64,000 nucleotides of DNA from Felis catus (GCF_018350175.1 NC_058368.1:9610001-9674000), one strand, 5' to 3'. Counted from the first letter of the stretch, positions 11,708 through 23,896 are shown. A program made the numbers and translations. The notes: generated from the sequence alone by a model not told the origin.

Positions 11708-12109
11708 ATAGGATGCAAAGCACACACGAAACAATTACAGAGCGGCAAGGGGAAAAATAAAGGTCACGGCTAAAGGCAGAGTGCTGGCTATTATCCGTAG
11801 AAACAAGGAGCACGTTGCAAATACAGAGGTTGTTTTATTCATATTTTAAATAAGCTCTTCTAGCTAACATGCTGATATCTTGTCTACTCACCCTCAGTGG
11901 CCATCGTTAAATACAATGATTTTGACTGTGCAAGCCCAACCAGATTTTACAAAAAAGGGCAGGCTCGGTCAATATTTCCATACCGTGCCACCTGCGATGG
12001 TGGGGAAAATGTGACTTTGTAACATTCAACGCAAAAAGGCACACAGTTCATGAATGGCTCTGATGTCCTCTCCCTGACATTGGTTAGAGATCTTTGCTGA
12101 AGATTCAGT

Positions 12110-12392
12110 CATTCTGAGACAACTGGGGAAATTGGTTGCGTCTTAGATAATGTGGAAGAATAATCGTTAATTTTGCTGGATGTGATAATGATATTGTGGT
12201 TATGAAAGAAAATGAAGAAACATACAGAACTATTCAAGGGTAAAAAAGGAGGAGGAGGAGGAGAGAGATAGGAAAATATGAAGCAAATATAGTACAACAT
12301 TCATAACTTGAACTGGGGGAGGGAACATGAGCTTCGTTATATGTTGTGCCTACTTTGTGTACGTTTGAAAATCTTCATTAAGTGTTTTTAAA
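12110..12392 (+). mobile_element. L1MC/L1ME 3'-end fragment
   Basis: gtgataatgatattgtggttatg...tttgtgtacgtttgaaaatcttcattaag. Confidence 0.7.
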
Positions 12393-12452
12393 AAGCATAT
12401 TGGTGAGCACTTACGAAATGCCTAAAATGAGAGTCAGCCGGCTGCCTGCCGT

Positions 12453-12609
12453 TAGGGGTAGGTCTAACTTTTGCGATACCTGAAACTTTTACGATTTGGG
12501 GAGCACTTTGTAAGGAAGATCATGAAGACAACATTCTCTTGGAAGAGGCCTATGTAGTGAGAGGTCCTGATGCTTGAACTTCAGCGGATCCATGGTAAAC
12601 CCTTCTCTG
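12453..12609 (+). mobile_element. MER53-like hAT MITE
   Basis: cctgaaacttttacgatttggggag...gtgagaggtcctgatgcttgaacttc...ggtaaacccttctctg. Confidence 0.65.
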
Positions 12610-12669
12610 TCTGTCATGGGTTACGTTTGGCTGGCCAGTGATTTTCCCTTCTTCTAGTCCCCCCCCCCT

Positions 12670-12922
12670 TTTTATTATGAGCATTTTAAACATAAGCAAA
12701 AAAGAGATTAGACAAGGACCTTCTCTGCACCTATCCAGCTTCCATGGCTGACAGTCCTTGGTGAGTCTTAGCCTCTACTCCGTCCACTCCCCTCCACACA
12801 TACTGTTATCCCAAAGCAAACATCTAGTATCATTTTTCTCTAAAATACTTCAGTATGCATCTCTAAAAGATAAAGACCCTTTCTTTAAAAAAAAAAAAAA
12901 AGTTTATTTATTTATTTTCTTT

Positions 12923-12958
<36 letters not shown>

Positions 12959-13560
12959 TTTCTCTTTTTCTTTCTGAGAGTGAGAGAGCACATAGGAGAG
13001 GGGCAGAGACAGAGGGAGACAGAGAATCCAAAGAAGGCTCAGGGCTGTCAGCACAGAGCCTAATGCAGGGCTCAAACTCACGAGCCATGAGATCATGATC
13101 TGAGCCAAAGTTGGACACTTAACTGAGCCATCCAGGCTCCCCATAAAAATGAAGACCCTTTCAAAAAACAGAACCACAACATCATTAGCATACCTGGAAC
13201 GATAATTCCCTACCCAAGTCAAATTTCTCTAATTGTCTTGAAATATTTTTTTATAGTTTGTTTGAATAAGGAAGCAAATGAAACATATATTTCAATGGGT
13301 GATTATCGTGTTTAAGTCTCTTTTAATATGTAGGGTTGCCCTCCACATTGTTGCTTTTCCTTGCAATTGATTTGTTGAAGAAACTGGGTCGTTGTGTCCC
13401 ACAGGGTTTCCCACAGTCTGGATCTTGCGAGTTGCATTCCTGTGGTATCATTTAGCATGTTCCCCTATCTCCTTCCTTCCCGTAAACTGGTAGTTAGAGC
13501 CAGAAGCTTGAACAGAGTCAGGTTTTGCTCTGTTGACAATAATTCTTCCCAGGAGTATAC
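12670..13560 (-). mobile_element. L1MC-type 3' fragment, split by a SINE
   Basis: gatttgttgaagaaactgggtcgttgtgtcc; aaactggtagttagagccagaagcttg. Confidence 0.7.
12886..13142 (-). mobile_element. CAN-SINE with (TTTC)n tail
   Basis: Reverse head/linker; flanking aagaccctttc on both sides. Confidence 0.93.
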
Positions 13561-14245
13561 TTGTGTCAGAAGGCCGTGACTATATGCAGGTGTTGCGTAC
13601 ACGTTGCGAGATGCTGCTTTATCTTTACCCCAGGCCCACTCCACAGTTTCCCCGGCAGGCTCCCAAAGGTGCTGAACCATTAGAAGGAGTAGGCCTGGAA
13701 ACACCCCAGACAAAAGACAAAGTGTAAGCCTCGTCCTAAAGGAGTTCATAGCGTGGGTGTTGTAAACGCATGAAAATAACAACAAAAGAGGTGTCCTAAG
13801 GTGGTACAAATGACTTGTGTAGAGGTCCCCCGGGAGTACCGAGGGGAAGACAGCCATCAGTGGGGACGGTCAGGGAAGAACTTTAACCCAAACACAGATT
13901 TTCTCCGGCTGATGTGGAATATTGTGGGACGACGACTGCTCCATAGTCCTGGTTACAAGTTGGCGTCCACCAGCCCACCTGGGCTTCTTGTCACAAACTG
14001 TCCTGTGCCTTCTTCTCCGCTGTGTGTGTCGGGCCAAAGTTTAGACAGGAGTAGGGCTAGAGTTACCCTTCCTGGAGACTCCATCCGATCCTCACAGCCT
14101 TAGGACAACATCGCTGGTCTCAGAGATACAAAGAATCCTGATGAGGCCGCTGTAATGCTGGAAAGGTGAGACCCCAAACTCTAGATAGTTCTTAGTACTT
14201 TTTACATTCCCAGGTAATTTCAATATGTGGACAAAATTGACTTTT

Positions 14246-14560
14246 TTTATTTATTTTTATTTTATTTATATTTTATTTATTTGTTTATAAATATTTATTT
14301 ATATTTATTTTATTTATATTTATTTTATTTTATTTTTATTTTTTATTTATTTTTATTTTTATTTATTTATTTTTGATCCAGAGAGAGACAGAGCATGAAC
14401 GGGGGAGGGGCAGAGAGAGAGGGAGACACAGAATATGAAGCAGGCTCCAGGCTCCGAGCTGTGAGCACAGAGCCCGACGCGGGGCTCGAACTCACCGACT
14501 GTGAGATCATGACCTGAGCTGAAGTCGGACGCTCAACCGACAGAGCCACCCAGGCGCCCC
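14246..14560 (-). mobile_element. CAN-SINE with long (TTTA)-like tail
   Basis: TSD caaaattgactttt at 14232 and 14561. Confidence 0.96.
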
Positions 14561-15099
14561 CAAAATTGACTTTTAAGGAACTGCCTTGAGTAGGTAGTGT
14601 CTAAGCTGTGACAGCTAATAAAAGGGGTATTTCGCTGTTCCAATAATCAAAGCCCGAGGCAACAAAGGCTAAAAGGGTGGTGGAGACAGAAAATGGGAAA
14701 TGAGGCAAAAACTATTTTAGAGCAAGAATCTCAGGGAGGGGCTTAACATAACTCAGCTCTTGAGAAGGCTGAAAAAATGTGGTGCTACCTGAGAAACACA
14801 GGACAGTGATGAGAGGGGGAGGGGCCCTGGGTCCCCAAGGGATGATGATTGTTCGAGTTTCCGTGCTGAGCTATAGTTCTTGGCATCATGTCCAGGTGGA
14901 GGTGTCCAGGAGGCAGGTGGAGGCGGGAACTGGATCTCAGAAGGCAGAGTTACAAATTTTGCAGTCATTTGTACCCAGGTAAATTTGAAGCCTGGGGAGT
15001 TTAAAAGTCTTTCCCAGAATGCACTATTGTCCAAGGTATCACCCATTTATAACTGCTGGGGGTCCACAGGAATGACCGGAGTTCACGTTCCACCTCTGC

Positions 15100-15275
15100 C
15101 ACCAACCAGCTGTATGGCTTTGTACAAGATACTCTGCCTCCTGGGCCTCAGTTTCCTTATGTGGAAAACAAGAATTATCATACCAACCTCTCTGAGCTGT
15201 TGTGAATAATAAGCAAGCAAATCCTCGCAAAGCACCTGGCATTCTACCTGGTGCAAAGCATGGCCTCAAGTCTCG
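15100..15275 (+). mobile_element. MIR
   Basis: ctgggcctcagtttccttatgtggaaaac...gcacctggca. Confidence 0.75.
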
Positions 15276-15566
15276 TTAGATCTCTCTGATTTTGCTTCCC
15301 CTATCCCACACAGCTCCCAAGCAAGCCATGGCACAAGTCCTTTCCACAAGTAGCAAATGAGTCCCGCAACAGCACACAATCAATTTGCACTCACCTCAAT
15401 GGTATTTGAAGATCAAATCTTGGCAGACCGATTTAATTCTCTTTGATAAATAGATAGGCCATGCAGATAAGGAGTGAGCGAGAGATATAATCTCTCCGTG
15501 CTGGAGTACGACCTCGGATTCCACTGCCAGTGACTTTTCATCACCGAGAGAGAAAGAAAGAAGAGA

Positions 15567-15760
15567 GGGGTGCCTAGGTGGCTCGGTCAGTTAAGCGTGC
15601 AACGCCAGCTCAGGCCATGATCTCATAGTTCGTGAGTTCCAACCCCGCATCGGGCTCTCTACTGTCAGCACAGAGCCCACTTCGGAGCCTCTGTCCCCCT
15701 CTCTCTGCCCCTCCCCTCCTCGCTCTCTCTCCCTCTCTCTCTGAAAAATAAATAACTATT
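15567..15760 (+). mobile_element. CAN-SINE
   Basis: Head, linker and tail present. Confidence 0.93.
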
Positions 15761-15769
15761 AAGAGAGAG

Positions 15770-15812
<43 letters not shown>

Positions 15813-15819
15813 GAAAGAG

Positions 15820-15850
<31 letters not shown>

Positions 15851-15871
15851 AAGAAAGAAAGAAAAGAAGGA

Positions 15872-15923
<52 letters not shown>

Positions 15924-16025
15924 AGAGAAAGAAAGAAAGAAAGAAAGAAGAAAGAAAGAAAGAAAGAAAGAAAGAGAGAAAGAAGGAAGGAAGGAAGGAA
16001 GGAAGGAAGGAAGGAAGGAAGGAAA

Positions 16026-16071
<46 letters not shown>

Positions 16072-16093
16072 AAAGAAAGAAAGAAAAGAAAGA
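15761..16093. repeat. (GAAA)n/(GGAA)n microsatellite, 333-bp pure purine tract
   Basis: No pyrimidine on the + strand across the interval. Confidence 0.98.
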
Positions 16094-16955
16094 CTTATTT
16101 CTAAGGGGCAGGTACCGAGAGCTGAATAATATCACCCAAAATGTGGCTTATCGATGACTCAGCCTCAACCCGGAAGTATCCTGCATGATCTCACTCTTGT
16201 CAGAGCTGGAGCCGGTGCTGAACATCTCTATCTTTACCCCAGTGATGTAACTGAGAACTTCCTAATTAAATCACAGATGACACCAGGTTGTAAGAGGGTA
16301 GGAATAGAAGTCAAAATAGCATTAACTGACTTAAGAAACAGTTCATGATGCGGGCGAGCTCCCATAGGAACAAGTGTCACTAGCACATTTTGAAACAAAC
16401 TGAGGAGACAAAAAGAAGGATACGTGCTGACTAGTTCGCACGATCATCAACCAGTTTCACCCAGAGCTGTAGGCAGGTAAGCAACGCTCGAGTACGGTAG
16501 GGATGCCTGGGTGCCCCTGATGGTGAGAGAAGAGGGCAAGAAGGCAGAAGAAAAGAGAAGGAGAGGCAGGATGAGAGAGACAGGGAGAAATGATTGACAG
16601 GTGGGATGTTAGAGTGCTGTGATGTATGTTAAAAGTGGAAGGTTCTAGTTAATTGGAATCTGAGTTCACTTATACAGTCAATAAAAAATTTACTGAGCAC
16701 ATAGCGTGTGCCAGGCACTGTATCCAGAATCTTGCCCTCGTGGGGTCTTCTTCTTCTACCTGGCTTCTACATGTTGAAGAGCCTCTACAAGCCCTTAGAC
16801 GTCTTCTCTTTCCGTCTATACTCACTCCTCGGGTGACGTCACCCACGACCAAGGATTTCCATACCACTCATCTGCCGATGACTCACAATTCAGTCCTTCC
16901 ATCCCAGACCCGGGTGACCAGCCATCTACTTGTCCCTTCAAAAAATCACCGACTT

Positions 16956-17133
16956 GGGGCACCTGGGTGGCTCAGTCAGCTGAGCATCCAACTCTTGATT
17001 TCGGCTCAGGGCACGATCTCACGGTGCGTGAGTTCGGGGCTCCGCGCAGGCAGTGCGGAGCCTGCGTGGGATTCTCTCTCTGCCCCTCCCTCCACTCAAA
17101 ATAAATAAGTAAACTGGAAAGAAAATGTTTTTT
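16956..17133 (+). mobile_element. CAN-SINE (internally deleted)
   Basis: TSD aaatcaccgactt / aaatcacaaactt. Confidence 0.92.
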
Positions 17134-17412
17134 AAATCACAAACTTGGTTCATGTGAAGTGAACTCTGGAGGCTTCTCTCTCCCGCCCAAATCTGTCCCT
17201 TCTCCGGTCTTTCCCATCTGCATACGTAGCACCCAACGCGGCCCAAATACAGGACTTGTCCTGGATGCCTGCGTCCCATGTCCTGTTGCTTCTAATTCTC
17301 CAGGATCAGAATTAGATCTCACGGCTGAAAAACAACAAGACCTAATTATTTCACCTCCTAAAGATTACCGCACCCTCCCTGTTGGGAAAGGAGATGCTGG
17401 GAGGCTCTAGGA

Positions 17413-17751
17413 CAGAGGTCGGGAGACTTTCTCTGTGAAGGGCCAGACGGTAAACATTGTAGGACTTGCTGGCCATACAGTGTCCGTCACAAACACTCCA
17501 CGTGACCGCCGTAGCGTGAAAACGGCCATAGACGGTGACGAATGAGACATACATCAATGATTGAGGCTGTGTTCCGATAAAACTATTTACGGGCACTTGA
17601 ATTTGAAACTCATATGATTTTCACATCTTCTCATTTTTTTAAACCACTTAAAAAGTTAAAAAAAAAAAAAACCCAAAAATTCGTAGCTCACAAGCTATAC
17701 AAAAACGGAGCGGGCCAAGTTTGGCCTCTTGTCCGTAGTTTGCCAACCCTG
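17413..17751 (+). mobile_element. MER58B-like hAT-Charlie element
   Basis: Terminal inverted ends cagaggtcgggagact...agtttgccaaccctg; ctgtgaagggccagacggtaaac; ggctgtgttccgataaaact. Confidence 0.85.
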
Positions 17752-18195
17752 AATCCAGGGGAAGCACGCGCAGACACGGTGGGGACCTGCCAGAAGGGGG
17801 GACAGTGACATGGGACTCCCCAGTGGACACAGCTGATGAACTGTGGCCTTCAAGCCCATCCTGGGTGGAGCGAAGTGTGGTGAGAGGGCTGTGCGGTGTT
17901 TTCTTCTGGAAGCAGGAAACACACAGGAACATAAGCCTGGGCCTGCTTCCTAGCTGGGGTTTCTGAAGGCAGGACCCTCTGTGATGCAGCCCCTGCCCCG
18001 AGAGGAGTCGATCTCAAAACTACTGTATTTTTATAAAATGGTGTCTCCCTAACTCCAGCTCTCTCTGAAGTAAACCGAAAATGTACCAACATGGTGACAA
18101 GTGACTTATCGGCACGGGGAGCTTCTTGTCTGGGTTTTTGGAGTATTTGTTTCTAAATTTCTACTATTGTTGGTGTCATTTAAAAAATATATTCA

Positions 18196-18361
18196 GGGGG
18201 GCTCCTGGGTGGTTCAGTCAGTTAAGCGTCCGGCTTCAGCTCAGGTCATGATCCCACGGTCCATGGGTTCGAGCTCCACATCGGGCTCTGCTGACGGCTC
18301 GGAGCCTGGAGCCTGCTTCAGATTCTGTGTCTCCCTCTCTCTCTACCCGCCTCCACTCATG

Positions 18362-18408
<47 letters not shown>

Positions 18409-18423
18409 AAAAAAAAAAAAAAA
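18196..18423 (+). mobile_element. CAN-SINE
   Basis: Head, (CT)n, A-tail. Confidence 0.95.
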
Positions 18424-18459
18424 TATATATATATATATGTGTGTGTATATAACACACAC

Positions 18460-18500
<41 letters not shown>
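18424..18500. repeat. (TA)n/(TG)n microsatellite
   Basis: Direct reading. Confidence 0.95.
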
Positions 18501-18503
<3 letters not shown>

Positions 18504-18506
18504 TCA

Positions 18507-18720
18507 GGGGCGCCTGGGTGGCTCAGTCGGTTAAGTGTCTGACTTCAGCTCAAGTCATGATCTCACGGTCCGTGGGTTCGAGCCCCGCGTCGGGCTCTGC
18601 GCTGAACAGCTCGGAGCCCGGAGCCTGCTTTGGATTCTGTGTCTCCCTCTCTCTCTGCCCCTCCCTTGCTCACACTCTGTCTCTTTCTGTCTCTCAAAAA
18701 TGAATAGACATTAAAAAGAA
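18507..18720 (+). mobile_element. CAN-SINE
   Basis: Head, linker and tail present. Confidence 0.95.
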
Positions 18721-19559
18721 ATTTTAACTATTCAAATGAAAGAAGGTTAAGCACTGATACCAGTTAACAAGAGAGGCTGCAGGATGCCTATACCTGAGAG
18801 CTTTAAAACTATGACCCACCAGCCTCTGTTTTGGAGGTTTTAAGGAAGAGTCCAGCCTACCTCAAGAAGCTAGGTGGGATAGCCACTTGGAGTTTCCTCC
18901 GTCTCCCATAATTCCGGGGTACGAAAGGAGACAGATGCCCACGGGGATCAGCGTTTAGAAAGAGCTACCCTTCTTTCCTTTTCTCTGACAACAGAGACAG
19001 GGGAGATGAACTCCCCAAATCCCCGGGTAACACCGAATACCCAGCAAAAGGGGTTTCCTTTGAAATTACATCTGCCTGCAGAAGAGGGTCACCGAGCCTG
19101 CATTTTAATGCTGAGATAAGTCCAGCTATTAGAGCTGCTCTGATGCTAAAAGATTTTTGAAGAGGACAAAGCAGAAAGCTTCTCCATATGACAAAGAATT
19201 TGTCAGAAAGGACCGGGTACAAACAAGGTGCTGATGTATTTTTCCCTATAAAAGGGGTGGGTGCCCTTGAGAAATTGCCTCAAGTCCCTGAGAAGACACA
19301 GACAGCCTTTTCAGGTCGAAAGTTTCTCTGTACCGAGTGGCCACTGAGTCTCTCAGGATCTGTAAGTCAGGGCATCTTCTCTCCACCTTCTGAGTTTTCC
19401 CTAGTGCTAGAGAATCTGGAAATCCATATGTAATTGGCAAGCTGTGTAGAGGTCACAGAGGGCAAAATTCAGTGCGGTTTGCTCTTCCTGGGCTGATTTC
19501 AAATCACTGGATTACCAAGAGCCAACACTGACTTTTCGCCCCCAATTACACTGTATTTA

Positions 19560-19790
19560 ACTGGTGTTTTAAAAATAACATGGAGATAGATAATTATGTA
19601 AGATCTTCTGTTTTCCAAAAATGTTTTCTGGCTGTCACCTTTTGCCGTCCAATCTTATCTCTGCCATATGCACAGCGCAAGCTTTGCCGCTGTGCTATCA
19701 TTTATGCCTTGTCATTATCAATCAAGGCGTCCAGATAAGTTGCTTAACAGAGAAGCAGCAGAGCCCCCGCTAAGCCCGATCAATAACCAT
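19560..19790. promoter_or_regulatory. Candidate enhancer (GATA cluster plus MEF2/TBX-MEIS/PBX-like motifs)
   Basis: Six WGATAR hexamers between 19584 and 19739 in non-repeat DNA. Confidence 0.4.
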
Positions 19791-20069
19791 CCAGCCGAGA
19801 AAAGAATCTTCGTTCACTCACCCCCTTCTGTCCCGGACAGAACTAGGTGGCTTACGTTCGCAAGCAGCACACTTGCAAATAGCTTCTCTTGGCTGAATGT
19901 GCTTCTCGCTATTGCAGGATCAATAATGATGAAAGGATAAATACAGAAAAAGAGCAGCATCGCTTCTACGATCCCCCCCCCCACCACCGCCCCCCACCGG
20001 TTGGGCACCCACCGTGTACCTGCCGCGGAGCGTGCGTGCTCCCCTCCCCCAACAACTGCACAGGCACGC

Positions 20070-20200
20070 ATTTTTCATCCATTTTTACAGCTATGTAAAC
20101 TAAACTGCAGGAAGTTAAATAACTTGCCTCGGCTCATACTTCTGGTATGAAGTGGAGGCTGGCTTCAAGCCCAGCTCTATTTGCCTCCAGTGCCTCGTTC
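20070..20200 (-). mobile_element. MIR
   Basis: tccatttttacagctatgtaaactaaactgcaggaagttaaataacttgcc. Confidence 0.7.
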
Positions 20201-20663
20201 TTCCCAATCTTCCACAACGCCTCCCTCAGTAACTAGCCGGGGCTGACCGAGCATTTTCCGTGGCTGTCCCTCAAGCACATTTATTTGCCTCTTTATATGA
20301 CCCCTTTCCCACCTCTTTCAAAACTGTTGCTTTTTCACTGTAATCGCACAAGGAAGACTTGAAAGAAAAATGTCAAGTTGGGGGTGTCCCTCTCTTCCAC
20401 CACTGGCTTTAGTTTTTGTATTTTCTTCCAGTCTTCGTCCACGCAGATTGAACTGGTACATCGTTCTCAAATGCGAACAATTTTATCCCCTTTTTGCACT
20501 TAACATTACACCATGAACACATTCCTATGTTTGGACGTCACCATTATAGTTAACTAATTTAACAACTGCAGACAATTCCATTAGGTTGATACACCTCAAT
20601 TTCTTAAACCATTTCTCCTATGTCAAGTTGGTTGTTTCCCTAATATAAGTAATGTTACAATAA

Positions 20664-20874
20664 TTTTTTTTAATGTTTATTTATTTTTGAGAGAGAGAGA
20701 GACAGAGCATGATCGGGGGAGGGGCAGAGAGAGAGGGAGACACAGAATCTGAAACAGGCTCCAGGCTCTGAGCAGTCAGCACAGAGCCCGACGCGGGGCT
20801 CGAACTCACAAACCGCGAGATCGTGACCTGAGCTGAAGTAGGACGCTTAACCGACTGAACCACCCAGGCGCCCC
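20664..20874 (-). mobile_element. CAN-SINE nested in the tail of a short SINE
   Basis: Reverse head ends ...caggcgcccc at 20874. Confidence 0.95.
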
Positions 20875-20876
20875 TA

Positions 20877-20979
20877 AATTTTATTTTTTAAGTAATATTT
20901 ACACCCAAGGTGGGGCTCGGACCCACAACCCGAAGATCAAGAGTCGCACGCTCCACCAACTGAGCCAGCCAGGCGCCCC
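20877..20979 (-). mobile_element. Short-type CAN-SINE
   Basis: gatcaagagtcgcacgctccaccaactgagccagccaggcgcccc; outer TSD tacaataa. Confidence 0.9.
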
Positions 20980-21683
20980 TACAATAAACTTTTTTCCCAT
21001 ACATGTGCTTTTTCCTCTTCCTGGGAATTTTCTTTAGGCTAAATTCCCAAAACTATAACTACGAAACCACAGGGGTTGCCTGTTGTACGTTTGACCCTTG
21101 TTCCTCCATCTTGAACACGTGAGCTTCGACCTTCTTCTCGTCTTAGGAACACAACCTACCAGAGCCAGATTCGATTCAGCGTTTCGTTTCCCTCACGCCT
21201 GGTGGGCGCTGGGTTAAAGTGGAGGCTGCTGACACTCACAGCTGTGGCCAGTTGGTGACTGGAAGCTGCACTTCAAGAATTCTTATGTTTCCCTTTCAAA
21301 TACAGGCCAGAAAGATTAAAAAAAAAAAAAAAAAATTCTCGTGCCGGCAAGGGCAGGAAGAAACAGACACGCTAATAAATTTCACTGAGTATCAACCGGT
21401 ATAGCCTCTCTGGAAGGCAGTTGGGCAATATGTCGAAAAAGCTCTAAAAATGTACAGATGCCTTAATCTAACCGTTCCACCTTAATAATTTATCTTAAAG
21501 GGGAAAAGTCAACGATAGGTACAAATATTTAGCTACGCGCTGAATCTATAGCATTTCTTTACAGCATCTCTTTCATTAGCAAAAATGGAAATAAACGTAT
21601 ATCCAAGAACAAGGAAATGGCTTAAAAAGGCACGACACCTAATGGGGTACTGTGCAACCATTTAAAACTATAATTGTAGGTGA

Positions 21684-21787
21684 GAGGTGCCTGGCCAGCT
21701 CAGTCAGTGGAGCCTGCAACTCCTGATCTCGGGGTTGTAAGTTCGAGCCCCACATTGGGTGTAGGGATCGCTTAAAAATAAAATCTT
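21684..21787 (+). mobile_element. Short-type CAN-SINE (tail continues ~22023-22046)
   Basis: Outer TSD tataattgtag on both sides. Confidence 0.9.
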
Positions 21788-22010
21788 AGGGGCGCCTGGG
21801 TGGCGCAGTCGGTTAAGCGTCCGACTTCAGCCAGGTCACGATCTCGCGGTCCGGGAGTTCGAGCCCCGCGTCGGGCTCTGGGCTGATGGCTCGGAGCCTG
21901 GAGCCTGTTTCCGACTCTGTGTCTCCCTCTCTCTCTGCCCCTCCCCCGTTCATGCTCTGTCTCTCTCTGTCCCAAAAATAAATAAACGTTGAAAAAAAAA
22001 TTTTTTTTTA
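21788..22010 (+). mobile_element. Very young feline CAN-SINE
   Basis: TSD aaataaaatctta; CpGs intact. Confidence 0.97.
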
Positions 22011-22492
22011 AATAAAATCTTAAAAAAATATATTTAATAAATAAATAAAATTATAATTGTAGATGATATAATACACTAATGGCATAAACACAGGCTCATA
22101 CTATACTTAATTAAGAAACAATCTGCAAAACGGCACTCATTATATTACCTGTTTGTGTAACACAGATAGATAGGAATAGTTGTAGAAATGCTCCAGTTGC
22201 TAATAGTGTTTATATCCAGATAGTGAAATTACGGGTGTCTAATGGCTTTGCCTTTTTATTTTTTACACCACAGATATTACTGCTTTTGTAATTAAAAAAG
22301 CGAGAGAGAGGTTCTTATTTAGACCAGCTTCTAAAGCCTGCATGTGCACAAAAAATGTTTTCCGTACTCCACCCAGCTGGAACAGGGACAGAAAGAACTG
22401 TCTGCGTCATCCTCTGGATTCTATGTGTGCTTTATCATCCATCCATGCAAATATCAAAGGAACAGACAAGGGATTAGAAGTGTACCATGACT

Positions 22493-22675
22493 GGGGTGCC
22501 TGGATGGCTCAGTCAGTTGAGTGTCCAGCTCTTGCTCTCAGCTCAGGTCATGATCTCACAGTTCGTGGGCTCGAGCCCCACGTCAGGCTCCGCACTGACG
22601 CTGTGGAGTTTGCTGGGGATTCTCTCTCTCTCTGCCCCTCCCCCCGCCAAAATGAATAAATAAACTTTTAAAAAA
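22493..22675 (+). mobile_element. CAN-SINE
   Basis: TSD agaagtgtaccatga / agaagtgtatgatga. Confidence 0.93.
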
Positions 22676-23896
22676 AGAAGTGTATGATGATGAGTGTAAG
22701 GGAACTATCATTCTAGGTCTCATTCAAAACACCAGTACCCCCAGTTCAGCAAAGGAAGCGAAGGTGATTCAACTCCTCTACCAGAGACCTATAGACAGCT
22801 GAGGTCAGCAGGAGGCAGGCACCATGAGGCGCCATCTTGGAGGCGGCCTACCGCATCCCCCAGTCAAGATGCCGCAATGCTGAAACCCCTCAGCGAGAGA
22901 AGCGGGGGGCCCCGGAACCTAAAGCCGCCAAAACGAAATGAGGTTGGAGGACCAGGCTCGCAAATGCATCTACAACATTTCCACCAGGTAAATTTTTAAT
23001 TGTATGAACACGAAACAACAGACAACACAGTAAATAAAGAGCTTACCAATGCCATTAGATTAGAGGTACCCGGTACCATACAATTAATTTCCATTTTGTT
23101 AATGCTTTGCTTTACCAGAACCTTTTTCAGGGTTCCTTGCCGGGAGTTCCAAGGAGATTTTCATAAATCTGTTCTGCTCAGATGCAAGCACTATACACAT
23201 CAAGAAGGTTTTTTCCTCTGCATCTGGTCCCACGTACGAGGGCCACTCCCACTGATTTCCTCTGAGTCTTGCTCTGATCAATGCCCTACATTACCTTCCA
23301 CTACCGCCTTGGCTTCCTCTTCACCTCCTTTTCCATTTCTTGCTTCCGACTCATCGTTTAGATTGTTGCCAACAAGACTGACAATCTCGCTACACCATCC
23401 CCTAAATTCTAGACCCTAATCAAAGGTATCAAGGAAAGCGAAGAGTAGAATTTGTACAAGAATTAGTGTGGCCCTTTAAAGTCTTCTAGTGACTGGAATG
23501 TAAGCTTGTTGTATACCCTCAGGGCTTAAAGCAGAGTCTTTACTAGCCTTGTTAACAAATAAATGAATTAAGGATGGGAGGATTCACGTAAGCTTACTGG
23601 CCCCAGTTTGGCAAAATAAAAGTCAGCAACTCTATGTTTTCCCCTACCCCTACCCCATAAGAAAAAAAGGAATTCTACCCGTGAAATTGTGCAGTCTGGG
23701 GACCCTTACTGGGCCCGGTACTGCCATCATGTCATTTGTACTGTTACTACCAGGACTGTTCTGCCTCTTGAGGTCAGAAGACTACGTAATGCATATCAAC
23801 TCTAAGAGGTCCACATTAGGAGGCTTGAGCCAAGTAAGAAGAAACAGAGAAGAATCTTATGGATGAGATACAGAACGTGCTTAGAAGGGGAAGTAG

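Larger units (their letters stand above)
21350..22300 (+). mobile_element. Ancient L1ME 3' fragment, split by SINEs
   Basis: ctctctggaaggcagttgggcaatatgtc; agcaaaaatggaaataaac. Confidence 0.65.

Noticed and set aside
23293..23416. Minus-strand open segment (...NNLNDESEARNGKGGEEEAKAVVE) with ag/gt-like borders
   Set aside because: No recognisable protein, no partner exons, weak acceptor; the text resembles decayed L2
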